The notes beneath the pieces are model-generated. The model was not told where the DNA came from, made no database searches, and was given only the letters and a program-made list of their open reading frames with translations. From contig JAKQCW010000129.1 of assembly GCA_029558955.1 (NCBI GenBank), positions 104 through 64,103 on the forward strand: a stretch of DNA of 64,000 bases, written 5' to 3'. Shown here one piece after another: positions 20,352-28,686 of this stretch (its first letter is position 1; every line of letters begins with the position of its first letter). The translations under genes were made by a program, and so were the position numbers. This DNA is from Chloroflexota bacterium (GTDB lineage Bacteria > Chloroflexota > Anaerolineae > JAAEKA01).

Positions 20352-22315
20352 GCGAGCCGCGCCGGCCGTTGTTGGCCCGCGTCGATCTGTGGTGGGCGCT
20401 GGCGGCGGGCCTGTTGGCCGGCGTCAGCTACTGGCAGATGGCTGCGCCCGGCCTGTTGGCCGGCGACAGCGGCGAGCTGCAGTTTGCCGCCTGGCTGGCT
20501 GGCCTCTCCCATCCCACCGGCTATCCGCTCTATCTGATGCTGGGCTGGCTGTGGTCGCATGGACTGGACGCGCTGGGGCTGGCCGGCCCGGCGCGGGCCA
20601 TGACGCTGCTGTCAGCGCTCTTCGGTGCGCTGGCGGTGGGGCTGACCTACCTGTTGACTTTGGCATTGATCGGGCAGAGTCAGGCGGACAACCGCACTGC
20701 CCGCCTAACTGAGCGCATCGCGGCTCTGGTCGCCGCCCTGACCTTCGCCTGGACGCCCACGCTGTGGAGCCAGGCGGTGATCACCGAGGTCTACACGCTG
20801 CACGCCGCGCTGGCGGCGGCGCTGCTGTGGCTGGCGCTGTTGTGGCGTCAGGACGTCCGATTTCTTCCGGGAAAGCGGACATCTTCCCTGCTGGCCGTGC
20901 TGGCGCTGCTCTTCGGCCTGGGCCTGGCCCATCACCGCGCCACGTTGCTGCTCCTGCCGGCGCTGCTGGTCTTCCTGGCCTGGCAGGCGCCGGCCGGCTA
21001 TTGGCGTGGGCGGCAGATCGCGCTGTTGGCCCTGTTGGCCTTGGCGCCGCTGCTGCTCTACCTCTACGTGCCGCTGCGAGCGCCGGCCAGCCCCTACCTG
21101 AGCATCGAGCTGTGGCCCGGTCAGCCGACCGCACTGTTGGATCGTTCCCCATCCGGCCTGCTCAGCTATCTGCTGGGCCAGAGCTTTGCCGGCGAGATCC
21201 AGGGGCCAGTTCAGGCCCTGGCCGCTGCACCCGGTCTGCTGGCGCGCTTTGCTGCCGAGTTGACGCCGCTGGGCCTGGCGCTGGCCCTGCTGGGTCTGGC
21301 CGTGTTGGCCCTGCGCCGCCAGTGGCCGTTGCTCTGGCTGACCGGCGCCAGCTTCGTCCTGCTCACCGGCTTCAACCTGTTCTACACCATCGGCGACATC
21401 GCGGTTTTCTACATCCCCTCCTACCTGCTCGCCTGCGTCTGGATCGGCGTGGCCGTGGCCTGGGCGGCGGAGGCCGCGGGGCGTCTGGCCAGCCGGCGCT
21501 GGGCTGGTCGCGGCCAGGGCGTCGCCAGCGCCGCGGCGCTGCTGCTGGCCGCGCTGCCGATTACCCTCTTCTGGAGCCAGGCCGCGCAGCAGAATCGCAG
21601 CCTGGACAGCGCGGCCGAGGAGGGCTGGCGGGCGCTGCTGGCTGCCGACCCGGCCCGCGCTGCCGTGCTGGTCAGCAATGACCGCGATGAGCTGATGCCG
21701 CTGTGGTATTTGCAGCAGGTGGAGGGGGTGCGGCCTGACCTGGCCGGCGTATTCCCGCTGCTGCTGGCCCAGCCGGGCTGGCTCGACGTGGGCCAGGCGG
21801 TGGAGAGCGCGCTTTCCACCGGCCGGCCGGTCTATCTGATCAAGCCGATGCCCGGTCTGGAGCTCAAGGCTGAGCTGGGCCAGCCCGATGCGTCGGGTCT
21901 GACGCCGGTGCTCGGCCCGGCCATCGTTGGCCCCCCCACCTTCGCTGCGGAGGCAGTCATCAGCGACGCCGTGCGTCTGCTGGGCTTCGACGTGCAGCCG
22001 GCCGGCGACGCCATGCAGATCGACCTGCACTGGCAGCCGCTGCGCCCGTTGAGCGCGGACTACACCACCTTCGTCCAACTGTTGACGCCCGATGGCGTCA
22101 AGATCGCGCAGAGCGACCAGCAAGCTGGCGGCGTCTACTATCCCACCAGCCTCTGGCAGCCTGGCGAAACCCTGCGCGATCGGCACACGCTCACCCTGCC
22201 CATCGACGCGCCAGCCGGCCCCTATCAACTGTTAGTCGGAATGTACCAACTGGTCAACGGCGAGCTCATTCCCCTCGGCGCCGCCACCCTCGCCCTCCCC
22301 CAACTCCCCAACTAA
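20348..22315 (+). CDS. DUF2723 / TMEM260-like GT-C protein
   Basis: GDSGELQ, HPTGYPLY, WSQAVITEVY, GLAHH, YLYVPLR; C-terminal DYTTFVQL..YPTSLWQPGE. Confidence 0.85.
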   Translation: MSEPRRPLLARVDLWWALAAGLLAGVSYWQMAAPGLLAGDSGELQFAAWLAGLSHPTGYPLYLMLGWLWSHGLDALGLAGPARAMTLLSALFGALAVGLTYLLTLALIGQSQADNRTARLTERIAALVAALTFAWTPTLWSQAVITEVYTLHAALAAALLWLALLWRQDVRFLPGKRTSSLLAVLALLFGLGLAHHRATLLLLPALLVFLAWQAPAGYWRGRQIALLALLALAPLLLYLYVPLRAPASPYLSIELWPGQPTALLDRSPSGLLSYLLGQSFAGEIQGPVQALAAAPGLLARFAAELTPLGLALALLGLAVLALRRQWPLLWLTGASFVLLTGFNLFYTIGDIAVFYIPSYLLACVWIGVAVAWAAEAAGRLASRRWAGRGQGVASAAALLLAALPITLFWSQAAQQNRSLDSAAEEGWRALLAADPARAAVLVSNDRDELMPLWYLQQVEGVRPDLAGVFPLLLAQPGWLDVGQAVESALSTGRPVYLIKPMPGLELKAELGQPDASGLTPVLGPAIVGPPTFAAEAVISDAVRLLGFDVQPAGDAMQIDLHWQPLRPLSADYTTFVQLLTPDGVKIAQSDQQAGGVYYPTSLWQPGETLRDRHTLTLPIDAPAGPYQLLVGMYQLVNGELIPLGAATLALPQLPN

Positions 22316-22392
22316 CCATTCCCCAACTCCCCATTCCCAATTAACCATTGACCATTGACCATTCCCCATTAACCATTCCTCATTCCCCATCG
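22296..22392 (+). repeat. Degenerate 7-bp repeat tract (CCATT[CG][CA] / CCAACT[CA])
   Basis: Heptamer periodicity spanning the DUF2723 stop codon up to moeA. Confidence 0.8.
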
Positions 22393-22403
22393 AACCTCCT
22401 CCC

Positions 22404-24050
22404 ATGTCCGAACTTTTCGCCGTCCACACCCCCTCCGAAGCCTGGCGCACCTTCCGCCTGGCCTTCCAGCCCCGTCCGCGTAGCCAGCGCATAGCCGTGA
22501 TCGACGCGCTGGGCCGCGTGCTGGCCGCTGACCTGAGCGCGCCGCACGACCTGCCCAGCTTTCCCCGCTCCACCGTGGATGGCTACGCGGTGGCCGCGCA
22601 GGACACCCACGGCGCCAGCGACAGCCTGCCAGCCTATCTGGAGGTAGTCGGCGAGGCGCTCATGGGCCAGACGGCCGATGTTCCGCTGGACGAAGGCCAG
22701 TGCGCCATCGTTCACACCGGCGGCATGATCCCGTCCGACGCCGACGCGGTGGTGATGGTCGAACACACCCAGCGGGTGCGGGACGCGCAAGGTCAGCCGG
22801 GCAGCTCAGCCGCCGATTTCACCCCCTACACCATCGAGGTTTACCGCCCCGTGGCCGCCGGCCAGAACGTGATCCAGGTCGGCGAAGATGTGCGGCAGGG
22901 GGAGGCTGTGCTGCCGGCCGGCCACGTCATCCGGCCCCAGGACATCGGCGGTCTGCTGGCGCTGGGCATCGTCGAGATAGATGTGGCGGCGCGGCCGGTG
23001 GCGGCGATCCTCTCCCAGGGGGATGAGGTGGTCGCGCCTGATCAGGAGCCGGGGCCGGGCCAGGTGCGTGACATCAATTCGCAGACGCTGGCCGCGCTGG
23101 CCCGCCAGGCGGGGGCCGAGGCCATCACCTTTCCCATCGTCCCCGATCAACTGGAGGCGTTGCAGGCGGCCGCGGCCCAGGCGCTGGCCCAGGCCGATCT
23201 GCTGGTGATGTCGGCCGGCAGCTCGGTCAGCGTGCGCGATATGACAGCCCAGGTGATCGACGGGTTGGGTCGACCAGGGATTCTGGTGCATGGCGTCAGC
23301 GTCAAGCCGGGCAAGCCGACCATTCTGGCCGTCTGCGACGGCAAGCCGGTCTTCGGCCTGCCGGGCAACCCGGTCAGCGCGATGGTGATCTTCGACCTGT
23401 TTGTGACCCCGGTCATTCGCAGCATGTTGGGTGCAGACGAGGTGCGCAAGACCCGCGTGCCGGCTCGTCTGGCCCGCAACATCGCCAGCGCCACCGGCCG
23501 GGAGGACATCGTCCAGGTGCGGCTGGAGATTCGCTCAAGCCAACCTCGGACGGGCACGGTCGGAGACCGGCCCGAGCAAGGGATTGAGTCCGCCGCCCCA
23601 CTCCGCTCAGGCCGGTCTCTGACCGAGCCTGGCGCGCCGCCTCGGACGGGCACGGTCGGAGACCGGCCCGAGCAAGGGATTGAGTCCGCCGCCCCACCCC
23701 GCTCAGGCCGGTCTCTGACCGAGCCTGGCGTGCCGCCTCGGACGGGCACGGTCGGAGACCGGCCCGAGCAAGGGATTGAGTCCGCCGCCCCACCCCGCTC
23801 AGGCCGGTCTCTGACCGAGCCTGCCGCGCCGCCTCGGACGGGCACGGTCGGAGACCGGCCCGAGCAAGGGGATGAATCCGTTGGTCGAGTAGGCGCTGCG
23901 CCGTATCGAGACCAAGAGCTGTGGGCCGTGCCCGTCCTGGGCAAAAGCAACCTGATCTACACCCTCATCCGCGCCGAAGGCTTCGTGCGCGTGCCGCTGG
24001 ACAGCAACGGCATCGCGCAGGGCGAATGGGTGATGGTAGAGCTGTACTGA
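22404..24050 (+). CDS. moeA: Molybdopterin molybdotransferase with in-frame repeat insertion
   Basis: PSFPRSTVDGYAV, VHTGG, QGDEV, DINS, AGSS, KPGKPT, LPGNPVSA. Confidence 0.92.
   Translation: MSELFAVHTPSEAWRTFRLAFQPRPRSQRIAVIDALGRVLAADLSAPHDLPSFPRSTVDGYAVAAQDTHGASDSLPAYLEVVGEALMGQTADVPLDEGQCAIVHTGGMIPSDADAVVMVEHTQRVRDAQGQPGSSAADFTPYTIEVYRPVAAGQNVIQVGEDVRQGEAVLPAGHVIRPQDIGGLLALGIVEIDVAARPVAAILSQGDEVVAPDQEPGPGQVRDINSQTLAALARQAGAEAITFPIVPDQLEALQAAAAQALAQADLLVMSAGSSVSVRDMTAQVIDGLGRPGILVHGVSVKPGKPTILAVCDGKPVFGLPGNPVSAMVIFDLFVTPVIRSMLGADEVRKTRVPARLARNIASATGREDIVQVRLEIRSSQPRTGTVGDRPEQGIESAAPLRSGRSLTEPGAPPRTGTVGDRPEQGIESAAPPRSGRSLTEPGVPPRTGTVGDRPEQGIESAAPPRSGRSLTEPAAPPRTGTVGDRPEQGDESVGRVGAAPYRDQELWAVPVLGKSNLIYTLIRAEGFVRVPLDSNGIAQGEWVMVELY
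23544..23880 (+). repeat. 96-bp palindromic tandem repeat x3.5 inside moeA
   Basis: Units start at 23544, 23640, 23736, 23832; each full unit has GGTCGGAGACCGGCCCGAGC ... GCTCAGGCCGGTCTCTGACC arms. Confidence 0.95.
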
Positions 24051-24160
24051 GACTGTACGACGCAACGAGTCGCACGGAGCCCGCCATCCCGAACCCACCC
24101 TCCTCCTTATCCGGGTTGCGAGGGACTCGTTGCCGGCCACGTTTCAAGCAAAGAGACGCC

Positions 24161-26161
24161 ATGCACGACAAAACCCCCTATCTTCACGACATCGGCCTGG
24201 ATGAGGCTGTGCGCGCCTGGCGCGAGGCGCTGGTGCAGAGCGACGCGCTGGGGACATTGGCCAGCCAGTCGCTGCCGGTGGCCGAATGCCTGGGTCGGGT
24301 GACGGCTGCGCCGGTCTGGGCGCGCATCTCGTCGCCCCACTACCACGCCTCGGCCATGGATGGCTACGCGGTGGCCGCGGAGGACACGGCCGGCGCCACA
24401 GAGACGCGGCCCAAGCGGCTGGTCATCGGCGAGCAGGCCTGGTACGTGGACACCGGCGACCCCATGCCGGCCCGCGCCAATGCGGTGATCATGGTGGAGG
24501 AGGTGCAGGTCAGCGGAGCTGAGATCGAGATTATCGCCTCTGTCCCTCCCTGGCGTCACGTCCGGCCCATGGGCGAGGATATCGTGGCCACGCAGTTGGT
24601 GTTGCCATCGAATCACCGGCTGCGCCCCGCCGATCTGGGCGCGGCCGTGGGCTGTGGCCACACCCGCCTGGCCGTGCGCCGCCAGCCCCGCGTGGCCATC
24701 ATTCCCACCGGCACGGAGCTGGTGCGGCTGGATGCCCTGAGCGGCCCCGAGGCGTTGAAGCCGGGCGACATCGTGGAGTACAACTCCATCGTGCTGGGCG
24801 CGCTGGCCGAGGAGTGGGGCTGTGTCGTCAGCCGGCTGGACCCGCTGCCCGACGACTTCGAACTGATCCGCGCCGCAGCCGCCGTGGCGCTGGAAGATCA
24901 CGACCTGGTGGTGATCAACGCCGGCTCATCGGCTGGCTCGGAGGATTTCACCGCCCGCGTCATCGCCAGCCTGGGCCGCGTGGTGGTGCATGGCATCGCC
25001 ATCCGGCCGGGGCACCCGGTGGTGCTGGGGGTGGCCCATGACCGCCCGCGCGCCTCCGATCTCGCGCGTCAGTCCAGCGGCCAGGGCAAGCCCATCATCG
25101 GCATCCCCGGCTATCCCGCCTCCGCCGCCATGACCTTCGATCTGCTGGCCAAGCCGGTGATCTATGCCATGCAGGGCCTTTTGCCGCCGGAACGCCCGCA
25201 GGTCGTCGCCCGGCTGACCCAGAAGGTCTATTCCGGCATGGGCGAAGACGAGTTTCTGCGCGTGACTCTGGGGCAGGTGGGCGAGCAGATGGTGGCCACC
25301 CCGCTGCAGCGCGGGGCTGGGGTGATCATGTCCCTGGTGCGGGCTGACGGCATCGTGCGCCTGCCCCGCTTCAGCGAGGGGGAACACGCCGGCGCCGCGG
25401 TGACGGTGGAGCTGCTGCGGCCGCCGGAGGCGGTGCGCAACACCATCGTCAGCATCGGCAGCCACGACATGACGCTGGACCTGCTGGCCGACCAACTGCG
25501 CCGCCTGCACCCGGAGCTCAGCCTGGCCTCCTCCAATGTCGGCAGCTACGGCGGCCTGCTGGCCTTGCAGCGCGGCGAGGCGCACCTGGCCGGCTCGCAT
25601 CTGCTGGACGAGGAGACGGGCGAGTACAACATCAGGACGATCCATGAGCTGGGGCTGAGCCGGGCCAGCGGCCATGCCGACGGCGTGGTGCTGCTGCGCT
25701 TCCTCGGCCGCGTGCAGGGGCTGCTGGTTCCAGCCGGCAATCCTCAGGGGATCGCCGACCTGCAAGACCTGGTGCGGCCTGAGATCAGCTTCATCAACCG
25801 TCAGCGCGGCGCGGGTACGCGGGTGCTGCTGGATTTCGAGCTGGCCAAACGGGGCATCAAGCGCCGTCAGGTGCGGGGCTACGAGCGGCAGGAATACACC
25901 CATCTGGCCGTGGCCGCGGCCGTGGCATCGGGCACAGCCAGCTGTGGGCTGGGCATTCTGGCCGCGGCCCGCGCCCTGCACCTGGACTTCGTGCCGCTGT
26001 TCAACGAGCAGTACGATCTGGTCATCCCGCGGCGTTTCTACCACAGCGAGCTGTTGGCCCCGCTGCTGGCCGTGGTGCGTTCAGTGGAGTTCGCCGCCAC
26101 GGTCGATGCCCTGGGCGGCTACGACACCGCCGGCATCGGCCAGGTAATCGCTGAACTATAG
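24161..26161 (+). CDS. moeA: MoeA fused to periplasmic-binding-type (molybdate-binding) domain
   Basis: SAMDGYAV, DTGDP, IPTGTE, AGSSAGSED, PGYP; C-terminal GSHD, VGSYGGL, NRQRGAGTR, EYTHLAVA. Confidence 0.9.
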   Translation: MHDKTPYLHDIGLDEAVRAWREALVQSDALGTLASQSLPVAECLGRVTAAPVWARISSPHYHASAMDGYAVAAEDTAGATETRPKRLVIGEQAWYVDTGDPMPARANAVIMVEEVQVSGAEIEIIASVPPWRHVRPMGEDIVATQLVLPSNHRLRPADLGAAVGCGHTRLAVRRQPRVAIIPTGTELVRLDALSGPEALKPGDIVEYNSIVLGALAEEWGCVVSRLDPLPDDFELIRAAAAVALEDHDLVVINAGSSAGSEDFTARVIASLGRVVVHGIAIRPGHPVVLGVAHDRPRASDLARQSSGQGKPIIGIPGYPASAAMTFDLLAKPVIYAMQGLLPPERPQVVARLTQKVYSGMGEDEFLRVTLGQVGEQMVATPLQRGAGVIMSLVRADGIVRLPRFSEGEHAGAAVTVELLRPPEAVRNTIVSIGSHDMTLDLLADQLRRLHPELSLASSNVGSYGGLLALQRGEAHLAGSHLLDEETGEYNIRTIHELGLSRASGHADGVVLLRFLGRVQGLLVPAGNPQGIADLQDLVRPEISFINRQRGAGTRVLLDFELAKRGIKRRQVRGYERQEYTHLAVAAAVASGTASCGLGILAAARALHLDFVPLFNEQYDLVIPRRFYHSELLAPLLAVVRSVEFAATVDALGGYDTAGIGQVIAEL

Positions 26162-26169
26162 ATTTTCCC

Positions 26170-26372
26170 GCTCGGGCCGGTCTCCGACCGAGGCCCTCGT
26201 CCTGCTTGGGCCGGTCTCCGACCGAGGCCCTCTTCCGCTCGGGCCGGTCTCCGACCGAGGCCCACTCCCGCTCGGGCCGGTCTCCGACCGTGCCCCCTTA
26301 TCCTGCTTGGGCCGGTCTCCGACCGTGCCCCCTCATCCTGCTTGGGCCGGTCTCCGACCGTGCCCATCCGAG
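26170..26372. repeat. Six tandem REP-like units GCT[CT]GGGCCGGTCTCCGACCG[AT]G
   Basis: Starts at 26170, 26204, 26237, 26270, 26305, 26340; reverse complement of the moeA insert arm. Confidence 0.95.
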
Positions 26373-26384
26373 TGGAGTGCCAGT

Positions 26385-28007
26385 TTGACACACACCTACC
26401 TCCCCAAGCGCGGCGCCATCGCGGCCGGACACCCCCTGACCGCGGCCGCCGGCGCGCAGATGCTGGCGCAGGGCGGCAACGCGGTCGATGCCGCCGTGGC
26501 CGCGGCCTTTGCCTCGTTCATCAGCGAATACACCCTCTCAGCCGCCGGCGGCGGCGGCTTTGCCCTGGTCTATGACGCGGCGCGCGGCGCGGGCGAGCTG
26601 CTGGATTTCTTCAGCACCGGCCCAGGGCTGGGACGAGCCCACCAGCCCCCGCCGGGCGAGATCGACTTCCAGGAGATCACCGTCGATTACGGCCCGTCGC
26701 ACCAGCGTTTCTACGTCGGCCGCGGCTCCGTGGCCGTGCCGGGCAACATCGCCGGGCTGTGCAGCCTGGCCCGAGAGGCCGGCCGGCTGCCGCTGCCGGT
26801 GTTGTTGGAGCCGGCCATCCGCCTGGCCAGGGAGGGCTGCCCCATCAGCGAAATCCAGGCCTTCATCGGCGCGATGATCGAGCCGATTCTGCTGCTGACC
26901 CCCGAATCGGCCGCTATTTTCGGCCAGCCAACGGGAGGGCTCAAGCAGGTCGGCGACCTGGTCGCCATGCCGGCCCTGGCCGACACCCTGGAGGCGTTGG
27001 GGCGGGAGGGGGCGCAGCTCTTCTACCGCGGGGCCGTGGCTCAGGCGATTCTGGCCGACCAGCAGGCCAACGGCGGCCTGCTGACAGCCGACGACCTGGC
27101 GCGCTACCGCGTGCGGCGCCGCCCGCCGCTGGCCTCCACCTTTCACCGCTTCGACGTGTTGACCAATCCGCCGCCCAGCCGCGGCGGCCTGCTGATCAGC
27201 TTCACGCTGCGCCTGCTGGATGGATTCCCGCTGGAGACGCTGGGCTTCGGCTCGGCCGGCCATCTGGAGCTGCTGGCCGAGGCCATGCGCGTCACCCATC
27301 TGGCCCGCCGCGAGATGGAGGCGCAACGCCTGCAGCCGCGCCAGCAGGTGGGGCGGATGCTGGGTCCCGCCACCGTGGCCCGCTGGCAGCAACGGGTGCG
27401 TGATCTGCTGCAGCGGCCGGTGGCCGAGCGATCGCTGGATGCCGCGCCCCCGGCCATGCCCAACACCACGCAGATCTCCGTCATGGACGAGGACGGCCTG
27501 GTGGTGAGCCTGACCACCAGCGGCGGCGAGGGCGCCGGCTTCATCGTGCCCGGCGTCGGCGTGATCCTCAACAACATGCTGGGCGAGGCAGATCTGCACC
27601 CAGAGGGCTTTCACAAGTCGCCGCCGGGGCGGCGCATTCCCTCCATGATGGCGCCGACGGTGGTGCTGGAAGGGGGCGCGCCCCTGCTGTCGCTGGGCAG
27701 CGGCGGCGCCAACCGCATCCGCAGCGCGATCGTCCAGGTGCTGCTCAACCGCTTGGCCTTCCAGTTGCCCCTCTCCCGGGCCGTGGACGCGGCGCGCATT
27801 CACTTCGAGGAGGGGGTCTTGCAGGCGGAAGGGGGCAACGATGTGGCTGCGCTGGACGCGCTGGCCGCGGCCGGCTATGCAGTCAACCGCTGGCAGACGC
27901 GGCACATGTACTTCGGCGGCGTTCATGCGGCGGCGCGCACGGCTGACCGCTTCGAAGCCATGGGCGACGCACGGCGCGGCGGCGCGGCGGTGGTCAGCGA
28001 TCTGTAA
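26385..28007 (+). CDS. ggt: Gamma-glutamyltransferase family protein
   Basis: GGNAVDAAVAA, GGGGF, VAVPG, PPPSRGG, NTTQISV (Thr nucleophile), LNNML, SMMAP, GSGG. Confidence 0.9.
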   Translation: MTHTYLPKRGAIAAGHPLTAAAGAQMLAQGGNAVDAAVAAAFASFISEYTLSAAGGGGFALVYDAARGAGELLDFFSTGPGLGRAHQPPPGEIDFQEITVDYGPSHQRFYVGRGSVAVPGNIAGLCSLAREAGRLPLPVLLEPAIRLAREGCPISEIQAFIGAMIEPILLLTPESAAIFGQPTGGLKQVGDLVAMPALADTLEALGREGAQLFYRGAVAQAILADQQANGGLLTADDLARYRVRRRPPLASTFHRFDVLTNPPPSRGGLLISFTLRLLDGFPLETLGFGSAGHLELLAEAMRVTHLARREMEAQRLQPRQQVGRMLGPATVARWQQRVRDLLQRPVAERSLDAAPPAMPNTTQISVMDEDGLVVSLTTSGGEGAGFIVPGVGVILNNMLGEADLHPEGFHKSPPGRRIPSMMAPTVVLEGGAPLLSLGSGGANRIRSAIVQVLLNRLAFQLPLSRAVDAARIHFEEGVLQAEGGNDVAALDALAAAGYAVNRWQTRHMYFGGVHAAARTADRFEAMGDARRGGAAVVSDL

Positions 28008-28030
28008 ACGGCGCACAGCCCTGAAGAGGT

Positions 28031-28633
28031 ATGTGGAACGTAGAATCCCCTGATCACCGCTTGCCGCTCGCTGGCGACTGTTCACGCTGTCCCGCCCTGG
28101 CCGCCAACCGCCAGCGCATTGTCCACGGTTACGGCGATCCCCAGGCGCGGCTGATGCTCGTCGGCGAAGCACCCGGCTATCTGGGCGCCGACCGCACCGG
28201 CGTGCCCTTCACCGGCGACCGCTCCGGCCGGCGGGTACAGACCTTGCTGATGGCCCTGGGGCTGTCGGAGGAGAAAGACCCGGCAGCCGCGCTGCCGCGG
28301 CTGCGCGGTGTCTATCTGACCAACGTGGTGCGCTGCAATCCGCCGGGCAACCGCAACCCGACGCCGGCTGAGGTGGCCAACTGCGCGCCCTATCTTGCGG
28401 CCGAGCTGGCCGCCGTGCGACCTCAGGTGGTGGCCGCGCTGGGCAGCTTTGCCGCCCGCTGGGCCTTTCAGAGATTGCGGGGAGAGGAACTGCCGGCCGG
28501 CATCCGCGCGCTGCACGGCCAGGTCTGGCCGGCCGGCGCGGTGACGTTGGTGACGCTGGTGCACCCGGCGCGCGCCAGCCGTGGGCAGATGGCCCTGGCC
28601 ACGGCCGCGCTGCGGACGCTGCTTGGCAACTGA
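28031..28633 (+). CDS. Uracil-DNA glycosylase, Fe-S type (family 4/5)
   Basis: CSRC, VGEAPG..GA..TG.PF.GD, TNVVRCNPPGNRNP, HPA. Confidence 0.88.
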   Translation: MWNVESPDHRLPLAGDCSRCPALAANRQRIVHGYGDPQARLMLVGEAPGYLGADRTGVPFTGDRSGRRVQTLLMALGLSEEKDPAAALPRLRGVYLTNVVRCNPPGNRNPTPAEVANCAPYLAAELAAVRPQVVAALGSFAARWAFQRLRGEELPAGIRALHGQVWPAGAVTLVTLVHPARASRGQMALATAALRTLLGN

Positions 28634-28686
28634 CCGGTCGCCCTTCGGTCGGGCGTTCCCTAGCGCAGTCGCGGCATGCGCATCGA

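Noticed and set aside
24051-24160. Moco riboswitch between the moeA genes
   Set aside because: Only a 10-bp inverted repeat (GCAACGAGTC/GACTCGTTGC); no Moco motif features recognised
26170-26372. CRISPR array
   Set aside because: Linkers are under 10 nt and similar to each other, there are no cas genes, and the unit is a dispersed REP
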